This document shows positions 9,324 through 19,904 of a stretch of DNA of 64,000 nt, one piece after another. This DNA comes from Vampirovibrionaceae bacterium NZW_1234 (GTDB lineage: Bacteria > Cyanobacteriota > Vampirovibrionia > Vampirovibrionales > JAGQHJ01), in assembly GCA_041697335.1 (NCBI GenBank), contig JBGUGD010000025.1:32001-96000 (forward strand). The letters are read 5' to 3'. The position numbers were made by a program, and so were the translations under genes. The notes below the pieces were generated by a model. It did not search any database. It saw only the letters and a list, made by a program, of their open reading frames with translations, and was not told where the DNA came from. Numbering within the stretch: the stretch's first letter is position 1; every line of letters begins with the position of its first letter.

Positions 9324-10319
9324 ATGTGGCCTAGGCTTGTGAGGGATCATGAAGGTATTGTGAACCCAGGAACGCGAATCAATCCCCACCATTTTCGAGC
9401 ACGAGGCTCAGCCTTCCTTGTGCTGATGCTGGCCTTCGTTTTGGTCCTCTCCATTTGGCGGTGGTTTTTGCCCCATATGGGCTACCCGCTCTCGGTGACG
9501 CCGGAGCCTCAGCTCTCAAACCCTCAGGTCACCTGTAATGCCTTCGCCGCCATTGGTGATAACGGCTCCGGCTACCCGGCCCAGTATCGCCTGGCGGATG
9601 AAATGGCCCGGGAATACCAACGACAACCTTATTGTCTGGTGATGATGTTGGGGGACAGCATCTACCCCGATGGCAACGTCAAGAAATACGGGGAGCAGCG
9701 ATTTACCAAACCGTATCGTTATTTATTGGATCGCCATGTGGCCTTCTGGCCGGTCTTGGGCAACCACGACGTTCTGGGAGGCTATGCCGATGATGTGATG
9801 GCGTTTTTCAAGATGCCGGGCACCTATTACCAGGCCCGTGTCGGCTTGGCCCATATCATCGCCCTGGACACCAACCGTTTCGATGCCACCCAACGGCAGT
9901 GGCTGGAAAAGACCCTGAAAGGGTCGACATCCCCATGGAAAATAGTATACGGCCATCATCCCGTGGTGGCCTCGGGCTTTCACCATGTCCCCCGGCATAT
10001 GGTCACCGAGATAAAGCCGTTGTTGGAGCAGTACAACGTGGATCTGTATCTGTGCGGGCACAATCATCATTACGAGCGAAGTCGCTCCGTAAACGGGGTA
10101 ACTTATGTGGTATCCGGCGGCGGCGGGGCTCGAACCCATTTCTTTCGGCGAACCCACCCCGATTCATTGGTTCGTATCCGAAGCCATGAGTTTCTTCGCA
10201 TCGATGTCGACCCACAAACATTGACCTTAAAGGCCATTAATCCGCAAGGCGAGGTTATCGACCGTCTGACGCTGGAAAAACCCCAAACCTCCGATTTCAA
10301 TCCCCTGACCAGCCAATAG
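9324..10319 (+). CDS. metallophosphoesterase (purple acid phosphatase-like), N-terminal TM anchor
   Basis: IGD, GDSIY, GNHD, GHHP, GHNH motifs; start uncertain. Confidence 0.9.
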   Translation: MWPRLVRDHEGIVNPGTRINPHHFRARGSAFLVLMLAFVLVLSIWRWFLPHMGYPLSVTPEPQLSNPQVTCNAFAAIGDNGSGYPAQYRLADEMAREYQRQPYCLVMMLGDSIYPDGNVKKYGEQRFTKPYRYLLDRHVAFWPVLGNHDVLGGYADDVMAFFKMPGTYYQARVGLAHIIALDTNRFDATQRQWLEKTLKGSTSPWKIVYGHHPVVASGFHHVPRHMVTEIKPLLEQYNVDLYLCGHNHHYERSRSVNGVTYVVSGGGGARTHFFRRTHPDSLVRIRSHEFLRIDVDPQTLTLKAINPQGEVIDRLTLEKPQTSDFNPLTSQ

Positions 10320-10634
10320 TGCTTTGCCATTGGCCTGAGCATAATTTGGGTGACCAAAACAATAAACGAGGGGCCTGCTTACCCGGGGAATACCCGGCCG
10401 ATGTCGACTCAGACGTGAATGGGTGCGGCATTTTATGACCAAATGACAAGTCCGTGGCCGATGCTCACAGGTATCCTCGGGGGTATCCGCCCTGAATCCC
10501 CGTTAGCGGCCTGGGGGGCGCATCTGTATCTGATTCTTTTACTCTTTGAACGGATTTTTGCTTGTGGTATAGTTACGACGTCTAAGAATTGAAGTTCAGT
10601 AAACGTACGATTAAACTGAGGAGGAGGTTCGTTA

Positions 10635-11576
10635 GTGGTAGTAACAGCAGAAAGAACGACTATGAAAGGCACTATGACACCTGTTCGTCGCGTAACCCTT
10701 AATGAAATGGACCACTTGTCCATTGGTAAAAAAGCTCGGTTGCACCGGCTCTTGTACCAACATGGCCCGGGTAACGGCACCATGTTGTTGTTGCCCATCG
10801 ACCAAGGCTTAGAGCACGGTCCGATTGACTTCTTTGATAATCCGGAATCGGCCGATCCCGATTTTCAATGCCGTTTGGCTCTGGAAGCCGGTTACTCCGG
10901 TATCGTGTTCCACTTCGGCCTCGCTGAAAAGTATATGAAACCCTACGCCGGCAAGGTTCCCCTGGTGGTGAAGCTCAATGGCAAAACCGCCATTCCTTCC
11001 GACACCGATGCATTTTCGACCCTGACCGGGACCGTTGAGGATGCCGTTCGCCTGGGCGCCGATGCCATTGGCTACACCCTCTACGTCGGTTCTCCGTCCC
11101 AGGATCGGGATATCGAACAGTTCACCGCCGTTCGCAACGAAGCCGATCGCTTTGGCATCCCCACCATCGTCTGGGCCTACCCCCGTGGTGAGTTCGTCGA
11201 GAAAAAAGGCGGCAAGGACAGCTTGTATGCCATCGACTACGCTGCCCGTGTGGCGTGCGAAGTGGGCGCCGATGTCGTGAAAATCAACATTCCTGTTGAA
11301 AATAACCCCAAGAAAAACGACGAACCCGGCGAATACAAATCCTTGAACCTGTCTCTGGAAGAAGGGATGCAAAAAGTGGTCCGCTCTGCAGGCAAGACCA
11401 TGGTGCTCTTCTCCGGCGGCAGCAAAGTCAACGACCAGGATTTGATGGATAAAGCTCGCTTGTCGATGGAAGCTGGCGCAACCGGCCTGATCTTCGGCCG
11501 CAACATGTGGCAGCGCCCCATGGAGCAAGCTCTGGAGGTTAGTCTCCAGGTTAAAAAGATGATGCAAACGTTTTAA
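10635..11576 (+). CDS. fbaB: class I fructose-bisphosphate aldolase (DhnA/FbaB family)
   Basis: LPIDQGLEHGP, WAYPRG, GADVVK, GLIFGRN; GAGGAGG RBS before GTG. Confidence 0.92.
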   Translation: MVVTAERTTMKGTMTPVRRVTLNEMDHLSIGKKARLHRLLYQHGPGNGTMLLLPIDQGLEHGPIDFFDNPESADPDFQCRLALEAGYSGIVFHFGLAEKYMKPYAGKVPLVVKLNGKTAIPSDTDAFSTLTGTVEDAVRLGADAIGYTLYVGSPSQDRDIEQFTAVRNEADRFGIPTIVWAYPRGEFVEKKGGKDSLYAIDYAARVACEVGADVVKINIPVENNPKKNDEPGEYKSLNLSLEEGMQKVVRSAGKTMVLFSGGSKVNDQDLMDKARLSMEAGATGLIFGRNMWQRPMEQALEVSLQVKKMMQTF

Positions 11577-11608
11577 TCCGGTACCCTGCCTTGGAGGAAC
11601 AAACAACG

Positions 11609-12634
11609 ATGTCGAAACCCAGAGTTGCCATCAACGGCTTCGGCCGGATTGGTAGAAACACACTGCGTGCCTTGTATGACAACCCCCACGTCGACGTGGA
11701 TGTGGTTGCCATCAATGACTTGGTTGAACCCAAGCAACTGGCATTCCTGTTCAAGCACGATTCCGTTCACGGGCATTTCAAAGGCGATGTGTCCTACACC
11801 GAGTCGTCCTTGATCGTCAATGGCCACGAAATCCGGGTCACTCGGGAGAAAGATCCCGCCAGCCTGCCCTGGAAAGAACTCAAAGTGGATGTTGTCATCG
11901 AGTCCACCGGCTTCTTCACCGATGCCGAGAAAGCTCGCAAGCACATCGAAGCCGGCGCCAAGAAAGTCATCATCAGTGCGCCTGCCAAGAACGAAGACAT
12001 CACCATGGCCATGGGCATCAACGAAAATCTCTACGATCCCGAAAAACACCACATCATCTCCAACGCCAGCTGCACGACCAACTGCTTGGCGCCGATGGCG
12101 AAAGTCATCCACGAGAAATTCGGGATCAAAGAAGGCTTCATGACCACGGTCCACAGCTACACCATGGACCAAAAGCTGTTGGATTCGCCTCACGAAGACT
12201 TCCGCCGCTCTCGCGCCGGGGCCATGAACATGGTTCCCACCTCGACCGGTGCCGCCAAGGCCATTGGCCTGGTGTTGCCTGAGTTGAAAGGCAAGCTCCA
12301 CGGCTTTGCCATCCGGGTTCCTACCCCCGATGTCAGCATCGTGGACCTGACCGTCACCACCGACAAGCCGGTGACCCAGGATGCCGTGAACCAGGCTCTG
12401 AAAGAAGCGGCCGGTTCGTCGCTGAACAAAATCATGCGTTACTCCGAAGAGCCGCTGGTCAGCAGCGACTACATCGGCGATCCCCACAGCTGCTCGATTG
12501 ACGCCGAGTTGACCATGGTGTTGGGCACCAACACCTTGAAAGTGGTTGGCTGGTACGACAACGAGTGGGGCTACAGCAACCGCCTGGCCGAAATGACCCA
12601 GATGGTTGCCAGCCGCTTGCCGGTTACCGCATAG
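11609..12634 (+). CDS. gap: type I glyceraldehyde-3-phosphate dehydrogenase
   Basis: VAINGFGRIGR, ASCTTNCL, WYDNEWGY. Confidence 0.98.
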   Translation: MSKPRVAINGFGRIGRNTLRALYDNPHVDVDVVAINDLVEPKQLAFLFKHDSVHGHFKGDVSYTESSLIVNGHEIRVTREKDPASLPWKELKVDVVIESTGFFTDAEKARKHIEAGAKKVIISAPAKNEDITMAMGINENLYDPEKHHIISNASCTTNCLAPMAKVIHEKFGIKEGFMTTVHSYTMDQKLLDSPHEDFRRSRAGAMNMVPTSTGAAKAIGLVLPELKGKLHGFAIRVPTPDVSIVDLTVTTDKPVTQDAVNQALKEAAGSSLNKIMRYSEEPLVSSDYIGDPHSCSIDAELTMVLGTNTLKVVGWYDNEWGYSNRLAEMTQMVASRLPVTA

Positions 12635-12755
12635 TCGGGTAGCGTCTACGGATCTGAAAAGGGGGCTGTATTGGCCCCCTTTTCTCAGACCAATTCAGGC
12701 TTTAAGCCCCCGAGAGAGACAGAATTTTCAACAATCAAGAAGGAGGATGTTCCCC

Positions 12756-13532
12756 ATGCACCCGAGTCGTAAGCCTGTGATGGCTGCCAATTGGAAGATG
12801 TTTAAAACCACGGCCGAGGCGGCCCAATTTATCGAGACCCTCCATGGGCTTCTCGATGGCGTTTCCAAAGACGATATGCCTACGGCTGTGATTTGCCCGC
12901 CCTACACGGCCTTATCCACCGTGTCCCAGTCGCTGGGTCAACTGAATTTGAGCAACACCGTCTTTTTGGGCGCTCAGAACATGGAATCCAAGGCCGATGG
13001 CGCCTTTACCGGTGAGATTTCCCCCCGCATGCTGCGAGACTTGAATGTGTCTTACGTCGTTCTGGGTCACAGCGAGCGTCGGGAATACTATAACGAAACC
13101 GACGCCGGGGTGAATGCCAAGGCCAAGGCGGCGTTGGAGAACAATCTGATTCCCATTGTCTGTGTGGGTGAATCCCTGGCCCAGCGTGAGGCCGGTCAAA
13201 CCGACGCATGGGTCACCCGCCAGGTGGAAGCGGCCTTGGACGGGATCACCCCCGAGCAGCGCAAGAAATTGATTCTGGCCTATGAGCCCATTTGGGCCAT
13301 TGGGACCGGGAAAGTCTGTGATGCAGCGGAAGCCAACCGGGTCATTGGCCTCATTCGCCAGACTGTTGGGGTGGCCGAAACCCGTATTTTATACGGCGGC
13401 AGCATGAAGCCCGATAACGTGGAAGGCCTGATGGCCCAGCCCGAGATTGACGGCGGCTTGGTGGGTGGCGCCAGCCTGGAGCCCGCCAGCTATGTGCAAC
13501 TGATTAAGGCGGCCATGCCCCTGAACGTGTAA
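12756..13532 (+). CDS. tpiA: triosephosphate isomerase
   Basis: ANWKM, GHSERR, AYEPIWAIGTG, LVGGASL; AGGAGG RBS. Confidence 0.98.
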   Translation: MHPSRKPVMAANWKMFKTTAEAAQFIETLHGLLDGVSKDDMPTAVICPPYTALSTVSQSLGQLNLSNTVFLGAQNMESKADGAFTGEISPRMLRDLNVSYVVLGHSERREYYNETDAGVNAKAKAALENNLIPIVCVGESLAQREAGQTDAWVTRQVEAALDGITPEQRKKLILAYEPIWAIGTGKVCDAAEANRVIGLIRQTVGVAETRILYGGSMKPDNVEGLMAQPEIDGGLVGGASLEPASYVQLIKAAMPLNV

Positions 13533-13622
13533 ATCTTCTTCCGGGCAGGCAGAGCAAGAAACGCTTGCCTGCCTGGGCAAGTCATAGTTGAAGCAATAAT
13601 TCAGAACGAGAGAGAAATCACG

Positions 13623-14093
13623 ATGATGACGACGGATTTTCCGGCCACCATTGAAGTGGCCATTCAGCGTTTGCCCCATGCCCCTGAAGACGTGCCGACC
13701 TACCAAACCGAAGGTGCGGTGGGGATGGATTTACAGGCGGCCATCGACACGCCCCTGACGTTGAATCCCCTGGAACGGGCCCTGGTTCCCACCGGCTGGG
13801 TCATTGCCCTGCCCGAAGGGTATGAGGCCCAGGTTCGGGCCCGAAGTGGTCTGTCGATTAAACATGGCATTTCGTTGATCAATGCCGTGGGGACCATTGA
13901 TTGGGACTATCGCCATGAGGTCAAAGTGGGTCTGGTGAATTTGTCGAACGATCCCTATACCATTCAGCCCGGCGATCGGATTGCCCAGCTCGTGGTGGCC
14001 CCGGTGACCCGGGCCCGGTGGCGGGAAGTGCCGGAAGTTTCCCTGGCGGTCGCTTCATCTCGGGCCGGAGGCTTTGGATCGACGGGCCGATGA
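13623..14093 (+). CDS. dut: dUTP diphosphatase
   Basis: GMDL, RSGL, GTIDxDYR, RIAQL, RxGGFGSTG. Confidence 0.97.
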   Translation: MMTTDFPATIEVAIQRLPHAPEDVPTYQTEGAVGMDLQAAIDTPLTLNPLERALVPTGWVIALPEGYEAQVRARSGLSIKHGISLINAVGTIDWDYRHEVKVGLVNLSNDPYTIQPGDRIAQLVVAPVTRARWREVPEVSLAVASSRAGGFGSTGR

Positions 14094-14530
14094 AGTCCTT
14101 GTTGCAGCGGGTCAAAGAGGCCTCGGTTACGGTTGATGGCCAAATCGTGGGCCGGATCGGGCCGGGCATTCTGGTGCTGCTGGGCCTTGAAAAAGAAGAT
14201 ACGGAGGCCGACATTGAGTTTCACATTAAAAAACTCTTGAGCCTTCGGATCTTCCCAGATGAGGCCGACAAGATGAATCTGTCGGTGACGGACATTCAGG
14301 GTGAGCTGTTGATTGTGTCGCAGTTTACGCTGGCCGCATCCTGTAAAAAAGGCACGCGCCCAAGTTTTGATTCCGCCATGCCGCCGGACAAGGCGATTCG
14401 GTTTTATGAGCTTTATCTGGCCCGTTTGCGGGACGCCACGCCGCTCAAGGTTGAAACCGGGCAGTTTGGCGCGATGATGATGGTGTCTCTCGTCAACGAC
14501 GGTCCCGTGACCTTTATGATTGAGCGCTAA
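14090..14530 (+). CDS. dtd: D-aminoacyl-tRNA deacylase
   Basis: LQRV, VSQFTL, NDGPVT; ATGA overlap with dut. Confidence 0.96.
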   Translation: MKSLLQRVKEASVTVDGQIVGRIGPGILVLLGLEKEDTEADIEFHIKKLLSLRIFPDEADKMNLSVTDIQGELLIVSQFTLAASCKKGTRPSFDSAMPPDKAIRFYELYLARLRDATPLKVETGQFGAMMMVSLVNDGPVTFMIER

Positions 14531-14552
14531 AAAACCGCAGGCATTGATGTAT

Positions 14553-14588
14553 GAACCCCGCACCCGATTCGGATCGGGCGCGGGGTTC
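14553..14588. terminator. GC-rich hairpin between convergent genes
   Basis: GAACCCCGCACCCGAT-TCGG-ATCGGGCGCGGGGTTC. Confidence 0.7.
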
Positions 14589-14626
14589 TGACTTATCCAT
14601 TCCAGTAAATGGATGAATGGTGCGGT

Positions 14627-15163
14627 TTATTTCTTGCCTTCCAGGAAGGTTTTGTAGCGGGCTTTCAGAGGGCTCTCTGAAATGGCGCTGTCAAAGAACT
14701 GTCCGGCATCGGCAGGGTTTTTGAAGAACTTGTCAATGGCGGTTTTCATCTCGTCGTGGGTGATATCGCCATCGCCGTATTCGCCCTTGGCCTGATCCAT
14801 GTACATGAACAGGGCCCCGAGTTCCACGGTATCAATGGTGTTATCACCATTGCGATCGAGAATATCAAACATCAGGTCCGATTTCAGTTTTTCATCGACA
14901 CCAAAGATGTTGGTTAATCCGGCAAATTCCGATTTGTTCAACCCGGTTTTCCCGTCTTTGTCGAAGCTTTCGCGGGCGGCATCGGCGAACTTCACCATGT
15001 CCATGGTCAGGACCTGGCCGTTGTCGTTGCGATTGGCCATCTGTAACACAGGTTTGTCCTTGTTCAGATCGTCCAGCTTGCCGGTGTATTTCTTAGCAAA
15101 CGCCTGCCAGGATTCCGCCGGTTTAATATTGCTGCGTGCGCTGAGTGATGTTGTATCAGGCAT
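14627..15163 (-). CDS. EF-hand protein, paralog of 16758..17330
   Basis: DKDGKTGLNKSE, DRNGDNTIDTVE, DGDITHDE loops. Confidence 0.8.
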   Translation of the reverse strand: MPDTTSLSARSNIKPAESWQAFAKKYTGKLDDLNKDKPVLQMANRNDNGQVLTMDMVKFADAARESFDKDGKTGLNKSEFAGLTNIFGVDEKLKSDLMFDILDRNGDNTIDTVELGALFMYMDQAKGEYGDGDITHDEMKTAIDKFFKNPADAGQFFDSAISESPLKARYKTFLEGKK

Positions 15164-15436
15164 AAAATTTACCCCCAAAAATTATTCTGTCCACGAAAAT
15201 AACCACCTTCATTGGTGTCCGATTGTCTATTTGTCCATCTGTCCAATAAATAAGTAGTAACTGTATAAAAACAAGAGTATTTTTCTTTTGAATGAATCGT
15301 AAAGTTTTAAGTCGAAGTTAAAAATAAAACGCTCTCAAACGCAGGAAAATTTTCTTTTAATAATATGGAATAGCGATTGATTTACGCTCACGTTCATAAA
15401 TAGTGGAGAATAAAGCCTTGCTTTTGGCCAAAACTG

Positions 15437-15892
15437 CTATTTCAGGCCTTCATATAAGGATGGATAGTTCTGGCGAAGCCAGACCAATACGTCCAGCCGA
15501 AATTGTTTCACCTCTTGAAGCAGTTCCTCGACGTCACTTTCTTCGGTGACATTCACACGGTCGTAATCCGTCTGGTTACGGGTTTGGCGGCATAGATTCA
15601 GGTATTTCATGCGGGGCTTGGCCGCTGGACCCATCGTATATTGAAGCGAGGTAAGTGTATGGTAATGATGGCCAGTTTTTGCTGTGATGCGATAGCCTGA
15701 AGCTAACGCGGCAATGGTGGCCAACTGCAAGGCTGCGTTATAGGCCGTCGCAAAACGACGATCCGGTGAAACGGCTTTTACCATCGCATCGGCAATGTCT
15801 CGATCAATCACCCTCAACAGACTTTGGATCTCTGCGGCAGTGGTCTGATGTCGCGTTGCTTTATCCGCATTCAGCCAGTCTTCTAAACTCAT
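15437..15892 (-). CDS. HEPN-like toxin of an MNT-HEPN pair
   Basis: AYNAA...H...RxxRNxxDY pattern; overlaps the nucleotidyltransferase gene. Confidence 0.75.
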   Translation of the reverse strand: MSLEDWLNADKATRHQTTAAEIQSLLRVIDRDIADAMVKAVSPDRRFATAYNAALQLATIAALASGYRITAKTGHHYHTLTSLQYTMGPAAKPRMKYLNLCRQTRNQTDYDRVNVTEESDVEELLQEVKQFRLDVLVWLRQNYPSLYEGLK

Positions 15893-16460
15893 CGTCGTTT
15901 CCTATCAGCCAGATTTTGGGGCTTGCAAGCAGTTCTTGGGCAAAACGATTGTTTGTCTTGATTCGCTCAACAAAGCTGGCCTGGGTATAATTCACCGGAT
16001 TGACTTCTCGTCCCAGCTTTTCGTCTATATCTCCCATCGCATTAGCGATGTCCTTTAAACTGATGTCGCCGAGCAGGAAGAGATCGATGTCACTGTCTGC
16101 CCGGTCTTCCCCACTGGCAATGGAACCAAAAACAAAGGCAAAGTGGATTTTATCCATTAAAGGTTTCAACCCCTCTTTTAACACGTCTCCCAAGGCCACC
16201 GTTTTGAGAAATGCCCGCTTTAAATCATCAAATGCCGGATGGCTCCGTTGTGCTTTATAGTAGAGCCGGTTTCCGCTTTTTTTCTTGGTAACGAGTCCCG
16301 ATTCCTCAATGCGTTCCAGGGCATATTGCACTTGTGCCAAGGAGTAGCCGGTTTTTTCGGCTAATGAACGCTGATAATATTCTTGATCCGGCTGCGTTAG
16401 GAAGAGGATCAGAATATCCACCACCACCGGGCTTGGAAAAAGGGCGGCAAAAGAGGACAT
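15861..16460 (-). CDS. HTH + minimal nucleotidyltransferase (MNT) antitoxin
   Basis: N-terminal wHTH; FGSIASGEDRADSDIDL (GSx10DxD). Confidence 0.9.
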   Translation of the reverse strand: MSSFAALFPSPVVVDILILFLTQPDQEYYQRSLAEKTGYSLAQVQYALERIEESGLVTKKKSGNRLYYKAQRSHPAFDDLKRAFLKTVALGDVLKEGLKPLMDKIHFAFVFGSIASGEDRADSDIDLFLLGDISLKDIANAMGDIDEKLGREVNPVNYTQASFVERIKTNNRFAQELLASPKIWLIGNDDEFRRLAECG

Positions 16461-16462
16461 AA

Positions 16463-16510
16463 ATAATGACCTTGAATTACTGTCAATCGACCTTACTTTA
16501 AGGTCATTAT
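16463..16510. promoter_or_regulatory. inverted-repeat operator candidate of the TA operon
   Basis: ATAATGACCTT (16463-16473) / AAGGTCATTAT (16500-16510) next to the start codon. Confidence 0.6.
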
Positions 16511-16701
16511 CGGGGGTTATGGAAAATAAGGCAAGATTGAAGTGAATGGGTTTTCAAAATTCCTGTGTCATCGTCTTTGGAAAAGCCCAGAATATCGCCC
16601 ATCGCTTCAGTAAATTTATAACGTTTACGGATGGAAAGGTACACTTGACTTCTGGATTCAGACCCAACGTTTTTTGAGTAGGCATATTCTGTGCATACGA
16701 G

Positions 16702-16738
16702 AAAGGCTCTTGAGGTATGACCGTCAAGAGCCTTTTTT
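16702..16738. terminator. intrinsic terminator
   Basis: AAAGGCTCTTGA...TCAAGAGCCTTTTTT. Confidence 0.75.
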
Positions 16739-16757
16739 ATGTGGAATAGCGGGTAAA

Positions 16758-17330
16758 TTATCGTTCGGATTGCGGACGTTCGCGGTTGAGTTCCCGCAAG
16801 CGTTCACGAATGGGACTTTGTTGTAATGCGGCGTCTAAAAATTCTCCAGCCGATTGGGGATTGGTTAAAATCCGCAATGCGGCCAAGACTTTTTTCTTCA
16901 TGGTTAACGTGCCGTTATTAGGGCAATCCTCCGGTGTGAGGCCTTGCCCAACGGGTTGCTGTTGATCCTGCAGCATGTGAAAGGCGGCAATTTCATCGGC
17001 TTCCAGCTGGTTATTATTGTTTCTGTCCAGGACCCGAAACATCTGTGCTGCTTGATCGCCGGTGAAGCCGTTGATCATGGCAAACCATCGCAGGTTGCGA
17101 TCGTTGGGCGCTAAAAAGGTGTTATTGCCGGTGCGGAACGTGTTGATTTCCGCTTGGGCAAAGCGGGCAATGTCCATAGTGACCACCCGGCCGTCGGCCG
17201 TGAGGTTTGCAAACTGAAGCGGATCGTTCACCGATCGTCCACGGGTGTCGTTGTAATTCTGATACCACCGTTGCCAGTTCTGTGCCGGATTAATCGGCGC
17301 CTGAGGCGCGTTCGCTCGAACAGGATCCAT
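16758..17330 (-). CDS. EF-hand protein, paralog of 14627..15163
   Basis: DRNNNNQLEADE loop; colinear LQxAN..GxVxTMD..FA and NP..AGxFxDxA..SP motifs. Confidence 0.8.
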   Translation of the reverse strand: MDPVRANAPQAPINPAQNWQRWYQNYNDTRGRSVNDPLQFANLTADGRVVTMDIARFAQAEINTFRTGNNTFLAPNDRNLRWFAMINGFTGDQAAQMFRVLDRNNNNQLEADEIAAFHMLQDQQQPVGQGLTPEDCPNNGTLTMKKKVLAALRILTNPQSAGEFLDAALQQSPIRERLRELNRERPQSER

Positions 17331-17515
17331 AATGCCCCTCCATCAAATGTCCAACCAATGTTCGCTTTACCGAAATGAAATACAGTATTTATATAAAAAC
17401 ACCATGATTCATTTTGATGCGCGTTTTTTTATCCGTTGAAATGATCAGGGCGGAAACCTCTATTGGGGGTGGAAATGTGGGATGACAAACCGATTTCAGG
17501 GTGAGATGACGCTCG

Positions 17516-18193
17516 TTAGGCACGCAATTTTTTTAACGTTCGGGCGAGTGCTTGCTGAAATGGAGAACTGTCGGCTTGGCTGGGGTCAAAGTTGGACGGC
17601 GGCACGTCATTATCGTCGGAGTAGGTAATCAACAGATTGTCGCTTTTGGCTTTGCCTGTGATTTTGTTACGACGCTCCGCCCAGAAGGTGTCGTCAAACT
17701 CGTCATAATCATGGTAGACCGAGGTCCCTTTGTTCGGATCCGTCACCAGGATCTCTTGATTGCCGTTTTCATCCACGCGGTAGCCATTAATCACAATCCA
17801 GTGACCTGCTCCTGACGGCATTGTACCCAGGGCCGCCATCACGTTGCCGTTATCAATTTCCTGCTGAATAGTCGAAAAATCGGATTCGTTCAACGCCGAG
17901 GTGTACAGGCCATAATCTTGGCCCGCTTGGGTCATATTCTTGGTGGGTGTGCCCAGGTTGGGACTTGGCCGATAGGTGGCGTCTAACTGCTGGGGGGTCA
18001 CATTCATGCCGAAAGCATTGAAGATCATCGTCATGCTCGTGGTCCCGCAAGCCATTTTTTCTTGTCTCAGAGGCGTGACGGGGATGGTGCCTTCTGCAAC
18101 ACTATTTCCCGAGGGGGTGTTGCCTTGGGAGGCTTTGGCGTTTTGAATGGCATTTTGAATCTGATTGAACAACACACGGCGAAGTTGGGTCAT
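17516..18193 (-). CDS. C39-like (papain-fold) cysteine peptidase
   Basis: Q...ACGTTS, GHWIVINGY, VTDP catalytic motifs; AGGAG RBS. Confidence 0.85.
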   Translation of the reverse strand: MTQLRRVLFNQIQNAIQNAKASQGNTPSGNSVAEGTIPVTPLRQEKMACGTTSMTMIFNAFGMNVTPQQLDATYRPSPNLGTPTKNMTQAGQDYGLYTSALNESDFSTIQQEIDNGNVMAALGTMPSGAGHWIVINGYRVDENGNQEILVTDPNKGTSVYHDYDEFDDTFWAERRNKITGKAKSDNLLITYSDDNDVPPSNFDPSQADSSPFQQALARTLKKLRA

Positions 18194-18520
18194 GAGACAC
18201 TCTCCTAACAACACAAAGGGTGAATGAACCTGGGTACGATTGAATTCGGATGGCGATCGTATTAATAAAATATTTATAATTATATAAAAACAACTTATGC
18301 GGATCTGTTGCTAGGTTTTGTGTAAATCAGATGAAACAATTTTTTGAAAATGTCGGCTTGCTGACAATGTGTCGTGATGAATTCGCTAAAATAAAAAATA
18401 CAACGTTAGATTAAATAAACAATCTGTGACTGGGCGGGGGATCCCGCAATTTCATGGTGATTACTAGGTGGTTGAGCAACGGCGGTAGCTTACCGCGAAT
18501 GATGAATGGAGGCTGGCGAT

Positions 18521-18964
18521 ATGGCACGTATAAAGAACAGTTTGCAAACACCGATTTATGGCATTATTAGCCGCAAGGACTTACCCAATGCGCCAAGTGG
18601 TACTTATGGGTATGAGATTATCAAAGTGAATCCGGGAGAGACGTCTCCCAAGGGCCTTGATGTGGATTGGGTAACCAACAAAGCACCCAAGAATGACAAT
18701 GGCACGTTGAGATACGATAAAAGTACAGAAGGCTTTAAAATCCGAGACACTTGGGGTGTTGATACAGGCCAAGAGTACGATTTGAAGAGTATACCCGGAG
18801 GCTTGTCTCTGTCCGGCCCCGCCGGCGGAGGGTCCGTAGGCGATACCGTCGGCAGTATGAATTTCGATAATGATATTGACGACGATAACGGGTTTGATGT
18901 CCGGACCTATCAATCCTGGTCCGAGAAGGCCTATGACGCATTCTGGGATTACTTCAATAAATAA
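18521..18964 (+). CDS. hypothetical protein, tandem paralog 1
   Basis: GGAGG RBS; highly similar to 19479..19904. Confidence 0.85.
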   Translation: MARIKNSLQTPIYGIISRKDLPNAPSGTYGYEIIKVNPGETSPKGLDVDWVTNKAPKNDNGTLRYDKSTEGFKIRDTWGVDTGQEYDLKSIPGGLSLSGPAGGGSVGDTVGSMNFDNDIDDDNGFDVRTYQSWSEKAYDAFWDYFNK

Positions 18965-19478
18965 TCCGGACGGGTTTTAGCGGCTGGTTGCTAAATGGTG
19001 CATCAATAACCCTTGTCACCACTGTTTCGGCAATACTGTCCATGCGTATGTCAGAACTTAAGAAAGACTGGGCGATGGTTATTACAGATAGGCCAACAGT
19101 GGTGATTCGGGTGATGCAGCTCGTTGGCTGGCGCCTGACTGGGGTGTGGAACTTTTCCGATGGCTGTTTTGAAGAGCGCGAGAACCCGGCTTCATACGCC
19201 AGTGAGCATTTTTCTGAATGAGGCCCGTCTCGGTTAATAAGGCGCTGTGCGGGAATACGTTTATAACGCTACCGGCAAATGAATCGTCGCTCTGAATAAA
19301 GCGGGCCGTTTTGTTCAGGGGATGACATTCGGGAATTTTAGAGCAAAAGTATATTATTAGAATATTCTTAAGGGTGTCAAAAAATGATGTTTATATAACG
19401 TTATTATGGTATAGGCTATTTTAAATGGTGAGGAAGTCCGTGGGCCATGGCCCACGAGAAACAGTGGAGGCTGGCGAT

Positions 19479-19904
19479 ATGGCACGAATTCAAAACAATA
19501 TGCAAACACCGATTTATGGTGCAATCAGTCGGAAGGATTTACCCAATGCACCCAGAGGAACTGGCGGGTATGAAATTATTAAAATCGATCCGGGTGAGAA
19601 ATCCCCGGAAGGGTTGGATGTGGATTGGGTGACCAATGAGGCTCCCAAAAATGAGAATGGAACCCTGAAGTACGACAAGGAAACCGGAGGGTTTAAAATC
19701 AGAGATACGTGGGGGGTTGATACCGGGCAAGTCTATGAATTCAACAAAGTCGAGGGAGGGATAGGAATTAGCGGCCCGAGCGGGGGTGGCTCCTGGGAAA
19801 AAGTGAAGGATATGAACAGCAATTTTGATATGGATGATGATAACGGCTTCGATGTCCGCACGTACCCCGGGCTGGTCGATAAAATTAAAAACTTTTTTAA
19901 TTAA
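19479..19904 (+). CDS. hypothetical protein, tandem paralog 2
   Basis: Same TGGAGGCTGGCGATATGGCACG start context; shared GLDVDWVTN, GFKIRDTWGVDTGQ, DDDNGFDVRTY. Confidence 0.85.
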   Translation: MARIQNNMQTPIYGAISRKDLPNAPRGTGGYEIIKIDPGEKSPEGLDVDWVTNEAPKNENGTLKYDKETGGFKIRDTWGVDTGQVYEFNKVEGGIGISGPSGGGSWEKVKDMNSNFDMDDDNGFDVRTYPGLVDKIKNFFN

